From: Candidatus Oxydemutatoraceae bacterium
GTDB lineage: Bacteria > Pseudomonadota > Gammaproteobacteria > Poriferisulfidales > Oxydemutatoraceae
Assembly (NCBI GenBank): GCA_965220085.1
Contig: CBDCOZ010000002.1
Span: 64,001 to 128,000, forward strand
DNA: 64,000 bases
Reading direction: 5' to 3'
Part shown: piece after piece, positions 39,897-50,067 of the stretch
Layout of the letters: every line of letters begins with the position of its first letter
Numbering within the stretch: the stretch's first letter is position 1
The notes under the pieces: model-generated
What the model was told of the DNA's origin: nothing
Seen by the model: only the letters and a program-made list of their open reading frames with translations
Database searches by the model: none
Translations under genes and position numbers: made by a program

Positions 39897-41752
39897 TAAA
39901 TGACAGTGATGTTGTCGCGATTGTGTGCGCCCAGATTGAGGAACTGTGACAGGTTGATATCCGCCCAGCCGTCCAGATTTATTTTGTAATCGCGATAGGG
40001 CTCCAAAGCATCGCCGGGCAGGTCGGCCAACATATAGAGTTCGCCATCGCTTTGATCTTTCTCTATTGCCTGATACAGCTTGTCTTCCACAATGCAACGC
40101 AGTTTGGTATGCAGAGGTTTGCAGGTCGCCGCCAGCATGTTTATCAGGGTGTCGTCGGTGGTTTTGCGGTGGCTATCGATAGACATTATCGGATTCGGCG
40201 CTGTGTTATCGGCCGTTTCCGCAATGCGCGGCTTGGGTTGCAAACTGAAAACTTTATAACCTATGTCCGGGCAAGAGCCGACCAAAGCCCCGCATTCTTG
40301 GCGGATTTTGTCCCCGGCGCGATTCAAACGTTCTATGCAAATGCCGGATATGACAGGCTCAAGATTATTGTCTTTGCAAAACTTGTGAGTCGCCGCGCTG
40401 CTCTTTCTATCTATGGCTTCATCCCATTGCACGAGTATGAATTTGCGATTGCCGCCGTCTTCCGCATTGAGTTGCATGACGGCATCGCCGGTCGTGCCGC
40501 TGCCGGCAAAGAGATCCATTACTATGTCTTCGCTGTCGGTGGCGTGAAACGCAAGCCGTTGTATGAGCGGCACCGGCTTTACCGAATCAAACCCGTGATC
40601 TTTAGACTGCATGATGCCGGAAAGGTTCTGCTTCGCCGATTCCGCCGTGCCTATATCCTTTGAAAAGAATGCCCAGAAGGGGTGCGCTCTTTCTTGTCGT
40701 TCATATTCTTTTCTCATTTTTATATGGAGCTTTCCTTTATAGAGAATCAGATCTCCGCGTTTTTCGTATTCATCAATCTTCTCTTTGCCGATCTTCCATT
40801 GCTTTCCTTTGTCAGGTTCTACCCCTAAGATGGGAAACCTCATGCTTTCTCTTGATCGCATACCCTTAGCGCTCATTTGTTCTACCAGCGCATAGCGAAA
40901 GCGCCCCTTGTCATCTTTTTCCAAATATGTTTTTTCGCCATTGCCTATCAGATTGAATCTGATTTTTTCTTGCATGGCATAGCAGAGAATATACTCTACT
41001 CTGGGCTGAAGTTTGTTGTAAGAGTCTTGTGTGTTTTGTGATTTTGTCTTTGACTCCCAGCCAATATTCCCGATAAAATTATTCTCCCCAAATATCTCAT
41101 CGCAGATAATTTTTAAGTTAGCCTGTTCGTTGTCGTCTATGCTGATGAAGATGACGCCATCATCGCGCAACAGATCACGGGCCAGTTTCAGGCGCGGGTA
41201 CATGAAACTGAGCCAACCGCTGTGGCTGCGAGTGCCGTATACATTGTGCAGAAAGTCGATGGCCTCTTCGTTTAAGCCATAGCGCTCTGTCAGTTCGGCA
41301 TCGCTCGTCTTGAAGTTGTCCTTGTATATGAAGTGTTCGGTGCGGGTGTTGTACGGCGGGTCTATGTAGATCATCTTTATCTTGCCGAAGTAGTTTTGAT
41401 AGAGAATCTTCAGCGCATCCAGGTTGTCGCCGCGGATGACGACATTTTCGGTATCGTCGGCGTTCTTGCTCTGTTGCGGTTCGGGCTTCAGTTCCATCAG
41501 GGTGGGTTCGTTAGCCTGCGCCCGCGCCAATCCCTTGCCGGCGAAAGTCAGTTCATAGCCCTGATTGTTGCTTGTGGTGTTGGCAGAATCTATGACATCG
41601 GTCAACGCTTTGGCATCCGCCTGCCCATCGCTGTTCACCAGACTGGGCAGCAGACTCTTGATCTGATCTATGAGCTTGTCTTGGCCCGCATCAGGGCCGG
41701 CGCCCTTTGTAGTGCGCACATGCAACTCTTTGGCTTGTTCTTTGTCAATCAT
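39893..41752 (-). CDS. mod: Type III DNA methyltransferase Mod subunit
   Basis: GDNLDALK, IYIDPPYNT, WLSFMYPRL and DLFAGSGTT, with an AT-rich central TRD. Confidence 0.95.
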   Translation of the reverse strand: MIDKEQAKELHVRTTKGAGPDAGQDKLIDQIKSLLPSLVNSDGQADAKALTDVIDSANTTSNNQGYELTFAGKGLARAQANEPTLMELKPEPQQSKNADDTENVVIRGDNLDALKILYQNYFGKIKMIYIDPPYNTRTEHFIYKDNFKTSDAELTERYGLNEEAIDFLHNVYGTRSHSGWLSFMYPRLKLARDLLRDDGVIFISIDDNEQANLKIICDEIFGENNFIGNIGWESKTKSQNTQDSYNKLQPRVEYILCYAMQEKIRFNLIGNGEKTYLEKDDKGRFRYALVEQMSAKGMRSRESMRFPILGVEPDKGKQWKIGKEKIDEYEKRGDLILYKGKLHIKMRKEYERQERAHPFWAFFSKDIGTAESAKQNLSGIMQSKDHGFDSVKPVPLIQRLAFHATDSEDIVMDLFAGSGTTGDAVMQLNAEDGGNRKFILVQWDEAIDRKSSAATHKFCKDNNLEPVISGICIERLNRAGDKIRQECGALVGSCPDIGYKVFSLQPKPRIAETADNTAPNPIMSIDSHRKTTDDTLINMLAATCKPLHTKLRCIVEDKLYQAIEKDQSDGELYMLADLPGDALEPYRDYKINLDGWADINLSQFLNLGAHNRDNITVIY

Positions 41753-42019
41753 GGAATAGTCCGGTTAAGTGTTTGGCAGTCCGTCAGTATAACCCACATC
41801 CCGACTCAAGGCGCTTTGCAATGAATCGTATATAATCCCCCTATGCTTGGGGAGGGGTTGCTCCGTTACCTGCGCAAAGAGGCGCTTTGGATTGTGTCTA
41901 TCCGACGACGGAAGTTCTTGCGCTTTGCGGACGGAGTACGGATGTGCCAATGAAAGACCCGCGCCAAGCCCCGAACAATCGCCAAGCATTTGCAATAATG
42001 ACAAGGATGAAAATTTAAC

Positions 42020-44311
42020 ATGTCCGATTCGTCGCTGTCGGTAGTCACGCTGGCCATGCAAGCCGCCGGAAGGTGGGCGCAGGATGAGCGCGACCACGCT
42101 CTTTCAATCCCTGGCGGCATCCTGAAGTACATCGACGAAGCGGGGAAACTGCGCCCTCCCCAAGTCAGAGCGATAGAGACGCACTTGTGGCTTAAATTCG
42201 CCGGCGGAAACAAAACGCTGACCGATATTGTCGCAGCCGGCCTGCTGACCGACAGCGGCATGGCGGAGAAGTACAGATACAACCGCCGCCCCGACTTGCT
42301 CTCGGATCCCATCCGCCAATTCTTCGTCGCTTTTGCCCAAAGCAACGGGGCGAGCGAATTGGCGCGCATGGCCCGCGACGATCCGCGCACTCGGAAGGAA
42401 TGGCGCGATGACCTTCGCAAATTGCTGCGCGATTACCCTTACCCCAATCGTCTCTACAGCCTGCCCATGGGGGCCGGCAAGACCTACCTGATGGCGGCAT
42501 TTATCTATTTGGATTTGCACCTGTCCCGAATCATGCCCGACGACGCCCGCTTTGCGCATAACTTTGCCGTGCTGGCGCCTCATGCGGCCAAGACCGCTAT
42601 CCTGCCTTCGCTAAAAACCATACGCGAGTTTAATCCGCGCTGGGTGTTGCCGCCCGCCGATGCTGACAAGGCGCGGCAAGAGATACATGTGGAAGTGTTG
42701 GACAGTCCCAAGTCGGCGAACAAGTCCATGCGGGCGGAAAACCCCAACTTGGCGCGTGTCAACCGGCTGGTGCTGATGCATAAGCGCGGCTTGGTCTTCA
42801 TCACCAACGCCGAGAAGGTGGTGCTGGAACAATACGACATGGATGAGCGGAATCTCGAACCGCTGGACAGCAAGACCATAGAAAGCAGGGCAAGGCACAA
42901 CGCCTTGCGGGACCGCATGGCCGAGATACCCGCCCTCGGCGTGTTCCTTGACGAGGCTCACCACGCCTACGCCGCCTCCGAGCAGAAGCAGAAAAAACTG
43001 CGCAAGGCGGTGGATGTGCTCAATGGCAAAAACAATCTGCGCGAAGTGAACGGCTTCTCCGGCACCCCCTTTGTCAAAACCAAAATAGAAATAGCCGGGC
43101 AAAGCATCCGTCTGACACAATTGCAAGATGTGATATACCACTTCCCGCTGGCGGCCGGCATCGGCCAATTTTTGAAGACGCCCGCCGTGCGCTTTTATGA
43201 GGATGTGCGCGAGGAGCAATTCATCTCCGCCGCGTTGGACGGTTTCTTCGGCGAGTACGACCGCACATACGCCAATGACGCTCGCAGCAAAATCGCCTTC
43301 TACTGCCCCTCGGTTGCCGACCTCAATACGAAGGCATTACCGACGGTGCGCCGATGGTACGGCAAACACCGCCCCGGGCAAGACGCTGAAATACTGACCT
43401 ACTACAGCGCCAACAAGGAGTATCCGTTGCCGCCGAGAGCGCTGACCGAGTTCCACAATCTGGACAGTCCGCACAGCGACAAGCGCGTCGTTCTGCTGGT
43501 GGCGGTAGGCACGGAGGGTTGGGACTGCCGCAACCTGACCGCCGTTGCATTGCCGCGCCACACCACCACAAAAAACTTCGTGCTACAAACCGCCTGCCGC
43601 TGTCTGCGCGAGGTGACAGACGCCGCAAAGGAACGCGCGCTGGTCTGCCTCGGCGAGGGCAATTACCGCCTGCTACAAGAGCAATTGAAAGCCATGCATC
43701 AAATGAGTGTCAATGGGTTCCAGTTGGGTCTGGCCAATCGCATGCCGGTACTGAAACGCAAACCGCGCTTGGGCAAGCTGGAGTACAAGCAGACAGACAG
43801 CCGCTTGATTGTGGAGACCAACCACAGCGAACATGACCCGATGGAGGCGCTGAAAGCGTTCAAGTTGAAAAAATTCACGGCGCGTGACGAATACAAATAC
43901 CAGCCGCGCGAAGGGAGAGGCGCCATTCGGGAAAGCGGCGGGCTGCCGTTCGCGCAATCGGTTGCCGATAGCGCCGGCGACGATACCACTTTGCGGCGCT
44001 ACAAAGATTTTTTGATCGCCTTGCAACGGGCGCTTTGGGGGTTGCGCACGGCGGCGGAGCTCAATCGTCAATATGGCGCGGAGTTGTTGCGCCAGTACCA
44101 AGAGTACGAGAACCGTCTGGAATGGTTTGCCAAACATCCCAAAGGCGGCGCTTGGATTTGTCGCCAATGGGTGCGCGCCATTGCCGCTTGCTTCGTCGCC
44201 GGAGCCAAGTATCGGCGCGAGGAACTGCATGAGGATGTCAGCATTGACTTGCTGGAGTGGGGCGCCCCTTCGCCGTCCATGACTCAAAAAAGCGGTAACT
44301 TCTTGCCCTAA
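42020..44311 (+). CDS. Type III Res-like SF2 helicase (N-terminal part; in-frame TAA at 44309-44311)
   Basis: LPMGAGKT, DEAHH, FSGTP, GTEGWD and QTACRCLRE. Confidence 0.8.
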   Translation: MSDSSLSVVTLAMQAAGRWAQDERDHALSIPGGILKYIDEAGKLRPPQVRAIETHLWLKFAGGNKTLTDIVAAGLLTDSGMAEKYRYNRRPDLLSDPIRQFFVAFAQSNGASELARMARDDPRTRKEWRDDLRKLLRDYPYPNRLYSLPMGAGKTYLMAAFIYLDLHLSRIMPDDARFAHNFAVLAPHAAKTAILPSLKTIREFNPRWVLPPADADKARQEIHVEVLDSPKSANKSMRAENPNLARVNRLVLMHKRGLVFITNAEKVVLEQYDMDERNLEPLDSKTIESRARHNALRDRMAEIPALGVFLDEAHHAYAASEQKQKKLRKAVDVLNGKNNLREVNGFSGTPFVKTKIEIAGQSIRLTQLQDVIYHFPLAAGIGQFLKTPAVRFYEDVREEQFISAALDGFFGEYDRTYANDARSKIAFYCPSVADLNTKALPTVRRWYGKHRPGQDAEILTYYSANKEYPLPPRALTEFHNLDSPHSDKRVVLLVAVGTEGWDCRNLTAVALPRHTTTKNFVLQTACRCLREVTDAAKERALVCLGEGNYRLLQEQLKAMHQMSVNGFQLGLANRMPVLKRKPRLGKLEYKQTDSRLIVETNHSEHDPMEALKAFKLKKFTARDEYKYQPREGRGAIRESGGLPFAQSVADSAGDDTTLRRYKDFLIALQRALWGLRTAAELNRQYGAELLRQYQEYENRLEWFAKHPKGGAWICRQWVRAIAACFVAGAKYRREELHEDVSIDLLEWGAPSPSMTQKSGNFLP

Positions 44312-44860
44312 GTGCGGCCCGGTGCCGAAGGGCTGGAGCGGTTGCGCAACCGGCCCGAAAGAATAGAAGGCCTGATGGAGTACGAAGGTTGCGACCCGCA
44401 GGACATTAGTTTTAACTATGCGCCTTATCAATTTGACAGCAATTTTGAAAAGCAGGCTATTCTTAGACTACTGACGGAGGAAGATCTGAAGGATAATAAC
44501 GTGGAACTCTATTACAATGGCATGACCGACCCCGACTTGAACAGCTTTGACATTCGCACACCGCACGGGCGCTACACGCCGGATTTTCTGTTGTTGCGTC
44601 GGCAAGGCAACCGCCCCTACGACAAAAACAAAGAAAAGCAGGCGCGCATCGCGCGCGTATTTATCATAGAGACCAAGGGCAAACCTTTTTATGACGACGA
44701 GTTCAAGGCGAAGGAAAACTTTGTCAAACAAATATTTGTGAAACGCAACCCGCATATTCATTACATGAACTTTGTGGACGAAGACAACAGCGGCAATTTT
44801 GAGACCCATATGGATACGTTCCGAGGCACGTTGTCCCGCTGGCTGGAGAAACCGCTATGA
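44312..44860 (+). CDS. PD-(D/E)XK nuclease domain of the Res-like gene, same frame as 42020-44311
   Basis: FDSNFEK, YTPDFLL...IIETKG; begins immediately after the TAA. Confidence 0.75.
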   Translation: MRPGAEGLERLRNRPERIEGLMEYEGCDPQDISFNYAPYQFDSNFEKQAILRLLTEEDLKDNNVELYYNGMTDPDLNSFDIRTPHGRYTPDFLLLRRQGNRPYDKNKEKQARIARVFIIETKGKPFYDDEFKAKENFVKQIFVKRNPHIHYMNFVDEDNSGNFETHMDTFRGTLSRWLEKPL

Positions 44861-46713
44861 GCCGACCGGCCCAACCATATGCGCTGCGTCCCGCAGCCGG
44901 GCAAGCCCTGCTCAATTATCAAAACCGTCTGCAGCCCCGCGAGATGCCGTTGTATGAAGCCGATACGATGGAGCAAGTGCGCGACGACAAAAGCGCGCAA
45001 CCCGACAGCTACCTGCTACAGAGCGACTGCCTGTCCGCCTGCGCTTGGCTGAAAGCGCAGAACCTGGAAGCGGACTTGGTGTACATAGACCCGCCCTTTG
45101 CCAGCGGCATCGACTACGCAAAAAAGATCTGGTTGCGCGGTCGAGGCAAACGAGACATGAACGGCGATTCCTCGCTGGGCGAGGAAGTCATGTACGGCGA
45201 CATCTGGAAAAAAGAGGATTATCTGAACTGGTTGTACGAGCGCCTGCTGGCCATCCGCGAGGTGATGAGCGAGGCCGGCAGCATCTATGCGCATCTGGAT
45301 TGGCACATCGGTCACTATGTCAAGATACTGATGGACGAGGTCTTTGGCGAGGACAATTTCCGCAACGAGATTGTGTGGCATTATCGGCGTTGGACTGCAC
45401 CAGGAAGCGGTTATCAAAATATGCATGATGTCATATTCTTTTATGGCAAGAGCAACGATATGATTTTCAATAAGGTAGAAGTTGACCCCACCGACGCAAA
45501 AAAAAGCACTATAGAAAGAGGGTATCATACTAATGTGGTTTCCGGATCTAATGGTAGCAGAGTGCGGCAAATACTGGTATACGACCAAGATAAAGTTGAC
45601 GATAAGATTCGTGAGGGAAAGCTGGATATTTCTAAATACGACCGCGTTGTTCCAGTAGATGCAACGAAAGTTATTGCGCCAGATGTATGGATAGATATTA
45701 ATTTCATTAATTCTCAGGCTAAAGAAAAAACGGGTTACCCCACCCAAAAACCCGAGGCTCTGCTGGAGCGCATCATCAAGGCGTCATCCGATGCGGGCAT
45801 GTTGGTGGCTGACTTCTTTTCGGGTAGCGGCACCACGGCAAAGGTGGCGCACGACTTGGGGCGGCGTTTTGTGACCAGCGATTTCGGTCAGAATGCGGTG
45901 CAGACCACCCGCGACCGGCTGGCGAAGGCCGGCGCACACTTTGATGTGCTGAAGGTGCGCGACGGGGTGCGCCTGTTTCGCAATCCGGCGCAGACCGAAG
46001 AGAAGATATTCCCCCTGCTAACCGGTTGGCAACCCGCCAAGGGCGACAAAAGCGAGGAAGGACTCAATCAATTCTGGGAGGGCAGCTACTCCGAGGGTAA
46101 TCGCCGGGTGCCGGTGAAGTATGCGGGGCTGGACAGGAAGTTGACCATGGATCTCATCGCCGCGGTGTTGGAGGAAGCGGGTCAGGCAGATGTTGATAAA
46201 GCACTCGTGTTGTATGCACATCGTGCAGATAATGTCACGCAACAGGCGGTGAATCGCGAAGCACAGCGGCATCAGCACAGCGATTGTCGCATCGTCATCC
46301 GCTCGCTGGATGAGTTGCTGGAGAGCAAATCCGGTCAAATCACTACGGAGGATAGCGTTGAGTTGGATGTGTGTCGGCAAAAAGATCAATGGCAGATCGC
46401 CATGCGCAAATACTACAGCCCTTATTTGACCGGCAAGGCGGACGAGCATAACGACCGCGCCGGTCTGGATACCGACAAGCGTATCGTCCTATCCGATCAG
46501 GGCTTTGAAGCGATTGAATGTTTGCAATTCGGAACGCTAAGCCCGAAAGGCGTTTGGCGAGGCAAACGGAAATTAGAGTTTCAGGCAAGCAGTGATGCGG
46601 TAGTGGATTCGGAGTATGCCGTGCCCAGCTCCGTGTCCCATCTGAAGATCCGCAATATTGCCGGCGATGAGATCATCGTGGATTTGGCCGCCGAAGCAAA
46701 ACGCTCCGAGTAA
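44857..46713 (+). CDS. Amino (probably N6-adenine) methyltransferase, Type III Mod-like
   Basis: YIDPPF, HLDWHIGHYVK, YPTQKPEALLERII and ADFFSGSGTT; AT-rich TRD at ~45390-45735. Confidence 0.9.
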   Translation: MSRPAQPYALRPAAGQALLNYQNRLQPREMPLYEADTMEQVRDDKSAQPDSYLLQSDCLSACAWLKAQNLEADLVYIDPPFASGIDYAKKIWLRGRGKRDMNGDSSLGEEVMYGDIWKKEDYLNWLYERLLAIREVMSEAGSIYAHLDWHIGHYVKILMDEVFGEDNFRNEIVWHYRRWTAPGSGYQNMHDVIFFYGKSNDMIFNKVEVDPTDAKKSTIERGYHTNVVSGSNGSRVRQILVYDQDKVDDKIREGKLDISKYDRVVPVDATKVIAPDVWIDINFINSQAKEKTGYPTQKPEALLERIIKASSDAGMLVADFFSGSGTTAKVAHDLGRRFVTSDFGQNAVQTTRDRLAKAGAHFDVLKVRDGVRLFRNPAQTEEKIFPLLTGWQPAKGDKSEEGLNQFWEGSYSEGNRRVPVKYAGLDRKLTMDLIAAVLEEAGQADVDKALVLYAHRADNVTQQAVNREAQRHQHSDCRIVIRSLDELLESKSGQITTEDSVELDVCRQKDQWQIAMRKYYSPYLTGKADEHNDRAGLDTDKRIVLSDQGFEAIECLQFGTLSPKGVWRGKRKLEFQASSDAVVDSEYAVPSSVSHLKIRNIAGDEIIVDLAAEAKRSE

Positions 46714-46734
46714 GCCTCGCACTGATATGTGCGC

Positions 46735-46988
46735 GGAAGTATAACATGGAGCGCAATTTGCTCCATATGTGCTCGGAAGTATAACATGGAGCGCGATTTG
46801 TTCCATATGTACTCGGAAGTATAACATGGAGCGTAATTTGTTCCATATGTGCTCGAAGGTATAATATGGAGTGCGATTTGCCCCATATGTGCTCGGAAGT
46901 ATAATATGGAGCGCAATTTGCTCCATATGCATCCGAAAGTATAATATGGAGCAAAATCTATTCCTTATATATCCGAAAGTATAATATG
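46735..46988 (+). repeat. Six-plus 40-bp tandem repeats, each with TATAA(C/T) and a hairpin, ending in the fic start codon
   Basis: ggaagtataacatggagcgcaatttgctccatatgtgctc at 46735, 46775, 46815, 46855, 46895, 46935 and partial at 46975. Confidence 0.93.
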
Positions 46989-48203
46989 ACCGACACTACT
47001 ATAGACCACTCCAACAGAGCAGGACAATACTTGCAACAGCCGACGGGATACAAGGCTTTCATCCCTCAGCCGTTGCCGCCCGCCAACCCTCCGATAAACC
47101 TGAACGCCGAGCAGCAAGCCCTGCTGTCTAAGGCCGACCAGATGCTGGGGCGTCTGGACGGCTCCATTCAGACATTGCCAAACCCAGACCTATTCGTCGC
47201 CATGTACACCCGTAAGGAAGCGGTTCTTTCCAGCAAGATTGAAGGTACACAAAGTTCATTGCACGACTTGCTGGCCGCCGAGGCGGGAGTTGCCGCGGAG
47301 CAGAAGTCTCCTGATGATGTGGGCGAGGTTATCAACCATGTGCGGGCTATGAATCACGGTCTGGAACGACTGCAAGAGCTCCCGATCTCAGTGCGGCTCA
47401 TCTGTGAGATACACGAGAATCTGTTGCGCGGGGTGCGCGGCGGACGTCTGGAGCCTGGCGAATTGCGCGCCTCGCAGAACTGGATCGGTCCTGCCGGTTG
47501 CGCATTGTCTGATGCCAGCTTCGTGCCGCCGCCGGCGGGCATTGTCCCCGAGGCGCTGGGAGAGTTGGAGAAGTTCCTCCACCGTCGCGATGATGCGTTG
47601 CCGACTTTGGTCGAGGTCGGTCTGGCCCATGCGCAGTTTGAAATGATTCATCCGTTCTTGGACGGCAATGGGCGCGTCGGGCGGTTGCTGATAACCTTTC
47701 TGCTTACAGAGCGCAACATCCTGAGCAAGCCTGTGCTGTATCTCTCTCACTTCTTTGATCGCTATCGGCCAGAGTACTACGAGCGCTTGCAAGCGGTACA
47801 CGACAGCGGCGCTTGGGAAAACTGGCTGGCATTCTTTTTCCGCGGGGTTGTTGCGGTGAGCGCCGATGCCACCGAAAGAAGCCGCCGCATCTTGCAGTTG
47901 CGCGAAGACCACTACCGCGCCATCGCCGGAAACTTTGGGCAGGCGGCGGGCAATGGCATCAAGGTCATTGAGCGGATGTTTGGCAATCCCATAGTGTCAG
48001 TCCGGAATGTCATGGAATGGACGGGCACTACTTATGCGGCCTCCAATAAACTGGTCGCGCGGATGGCGCGACTTGGCATCCTGAGAGAATTAACAGACCG
48101 TGCTCGCAACCGCATATTTATCTATGACCCCTATGTCCGACTGCTCGCCGACGACACCGAAGCATCGCCGACCGCCAGCGCCGCTTCCGGCACCCTGCTG
48201 TAA
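46986..48203 (+). CDS. Fic-family protein (Fic/DOC N-terminal domain, C-terminal wHTH)
   Basis: EAVLSSKIEGT and HPFLDGNGRVGR. Confidence 0.93.
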   Translation: MTDTTIDHSNRAGQYLQQPTGYKAFIPQPLPPANPPINLNAEQQALLSKADQMLGRLDGSIQTLPNPDLFVAMYTRKEAVLSSKIEGTQSSLHDLLAAEAGVAAEQKSPDDVGEVINHVRAMNHGLERLQELPISVRLICEIHENLLRGVRGGRLEPGELRASQNWIGPAGCALSDASFVPPPAGIVPEALGELEKFLHRRDDALPTLVEVGLAHAQFEMIHPFLDGNGRVGRLLITFLLTERNILSKPVLYLSHFFDRYRPEYYERLQAVHDSGAWENWLAFFFRGVVAVSADATERSRRILQLREDHYRAIAGNFGQAAGNGIKVIERMFGNPIVSVRNVMEWTGTTYAASNKLVARMARLGILRELTDRARNRIFIYDPYVRLLADDTEASPTASAASGTLL

Positions 48204-48340
48204 GTGACTCTCGCATTAACTGCGCTCCACCTTGCGGGGGAACTGCTCGCACTAAGTGCGGAGTCTAAGCCGCCGGCGAAGGGCGATGCAAAGAGGGGTA
48301 ATCTCTTGCAAGAGGCTTGGTGCTAAGCTTGTCAAAGTCC

Positions 48341-48870
48341 GCCCCCTCACCGACCCGCTGCGCTCGCCGACTCTCCCGCGAGGGGAGAGTAAGCGTGTCC
48401 CGCGCAATCCGTGGCGCACCCCCTCACCGACTCGCTGCGCTCGCCGACTTTCCCACGAGGGGAGAGTAAGCATGTCCCGCGCAATCCGTGGCGCACCCCC
48501 TCACCGACTCGCTGCGCTCGCCGACTTTCCCGCGAGGGGAGAGTAAGCATGTCCCGCGCAATCCGTGGCGCACCCCCTCACCGACTCGCTGCGCTCGCCG
48601 ACTCTCCCGCGAGGGGAGAGTAAGCATGTCCCGCGCAATCCGTGGCGCACCCCCTCACCGACTCGCTGCGCTCGCCGACTCTCCCGCGAGGGGAGAGTAA
48701 GCGTGTCCCGCGCAATCCGTGGCGCACCCCCTCACCGACTCGCTGCGCTCGCCGACTCTCCCGCGAGGGGAGAGTAAGCGTGTCCCGCGCAATCCGTGGC
48801 GCATCCCCTCACCGACTCGCTGCGCTCGCCGACTCTCCCGCGAGGGGAGAGTAAGCGTGTCCCGCGCAAT
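48341..48870. repeat. Seven tandem 77-bp BoxC-like palindromic repeats
   Basis: cccctcaccgac at ~48343, 48419, 48496, 48573, 48650, 48727 and 48804; ctctccc/gggagag stem. Confidence 0.95.
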
Positions 48871-48975
48871 ACGGTGCGAGTGTTGAGTCATCCGTTTAAG
48901 CGACGAAAAGCTCTAGCGCCGCGCCCAGGTCTCCCACCTACTCCGGCGGGGCAAAGGTTTAAGCGACGAAAAGTT

Positions 48976-50067
48976 TTACCGCCGCGCCCAGGTGTAGCGT
49001 TCTTTTAGCGCATTCCCGCACGAGAATTTTATTTTTCTGTCGTGTTGCAGACGGCCAACGACAATGCCCGGGGCGATGCCTATCTTATCGGCGAAGTCCT
49101 CAATGGCTTGAAGCGGGTATCCGCCAAGCCCCTCCTCAAGCAGAAACGCGTTGTACTCTGCCGGCGGGATAAGCATATTGCGCGCAAAAACATCAGCCTC
49201 TTCCTCCTCCTTTTCATACATCACACCACATTCCAAAAAAACTTTCTTGCGGCCGTGTTTGAGGATGTGCCCCGCCTCATGGAAAAAGGCGAACCACAGT
49301 TGGTCGTTGCTCTTGTAGCGCAGGCTCAGTTGAATCATCGCCTTGCCGTCAAACCAGCGTGTGCATCCGGACACCTTTGTCTTGGGCAGTTCGGGAACAA
49401 AAACCAAGGCGACACCGGCTTGCGCACAGTCCCGAATTAACTGCGGCTGAAAAACTTCGGGCTGTTCCCGCGTTAATTCCCGCGCCCGATTCAGCGCTTG
49501 TCTAAAAGCCGCGCGGTTGAAATTCGGGATGTCCATTTCAAGAGCCTCTATTTCTCCGCGACGGAGCCAGGCCGAAAGGGCATAGGAGTTCGCCTCAAAT
49601 CGCGCGGCTTGGCGGTAGGCTATTTTGGAAGCAACCTTCCATTGCGCCGGCGAAGCGATGCCGAAGAACTGCAGCACACTGTCGAGTTGATCTGTCGGAT
49701 TTCGGCGCTTGGCAATCCAGTCTTGTTTGATCATCTGCGCCACGGGAAACTTCTTGAGCCAGTTCAACCGGCCTTGCAGGCGCTTTTGCTCCGCCTGCCT
49801 GGCTTTAATGTCGTCATGATTTTGCTGCAGAGCGCTCCAAAAGTACGAAGGCTTATTGAATATGCGATGCAATTTGATGGCGGTGTCGGCCGTCACCGGC
49901 GCCTTGCCGCGGATGATCTCGTTAATCGCCTTCTTGCTGAGACCGGTGCGACCGGCCAACTCAACCTGCGTCATCCCGTAAGCCGCCAAATACTCCCCCA
50001 GCAATTCGCCGGGATGCGTAGCGGTGTCGGGGCGATAGTCGCTCTGACGAAGTGCGCTACTTGCCAT
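48976..50067 (-). CDS. higA: HigA-type antitoxin: XRE HTH plus ImmA/IrrE metallopeptidase
   Basis: HPGELL..MTQVELA.R...INEIIRGK and WFAFFHEAGH (HExxH). Confidence 0.88.
   Translation of the reverse strand: MASSALRQSDYRPDTATHPGELLGEYLAAYGMTQVELAGRTGLSKKAINEIIRGKAPVTADTAIKLHRIFNKPSYFWSALQQNHDDIKARQAEQKRLQGRLNWLKKFPVAQMIKQDWIAKRRNPTDQLDSVLQFFGIASPAQWKVASKIAYRQAARFEANSYALSAWLRRGEIEALEMDIPNFNRAAFRQALNRARELTREQPEVFQPQLIRDCAQAGVALVFVPELPKTKVSGCTRWFDGKAMIQLSLRYKSNDQLWFAFFHEAGHILKHGRKKVFLECGVMYEKEEEEADVFARNMLIPPAEYNAFLLEEGLGGYPLQAIEDFADKIGIAPGIVVGRLQHDRKIKFSCGNALKERYTWARR

Noticed and set aside
46735-48870. 40-bp and 77-bp arrays as CRISPR or ncRNA arrays
   Set aside because: No spacers; these are head-to-tail tandem repeats.
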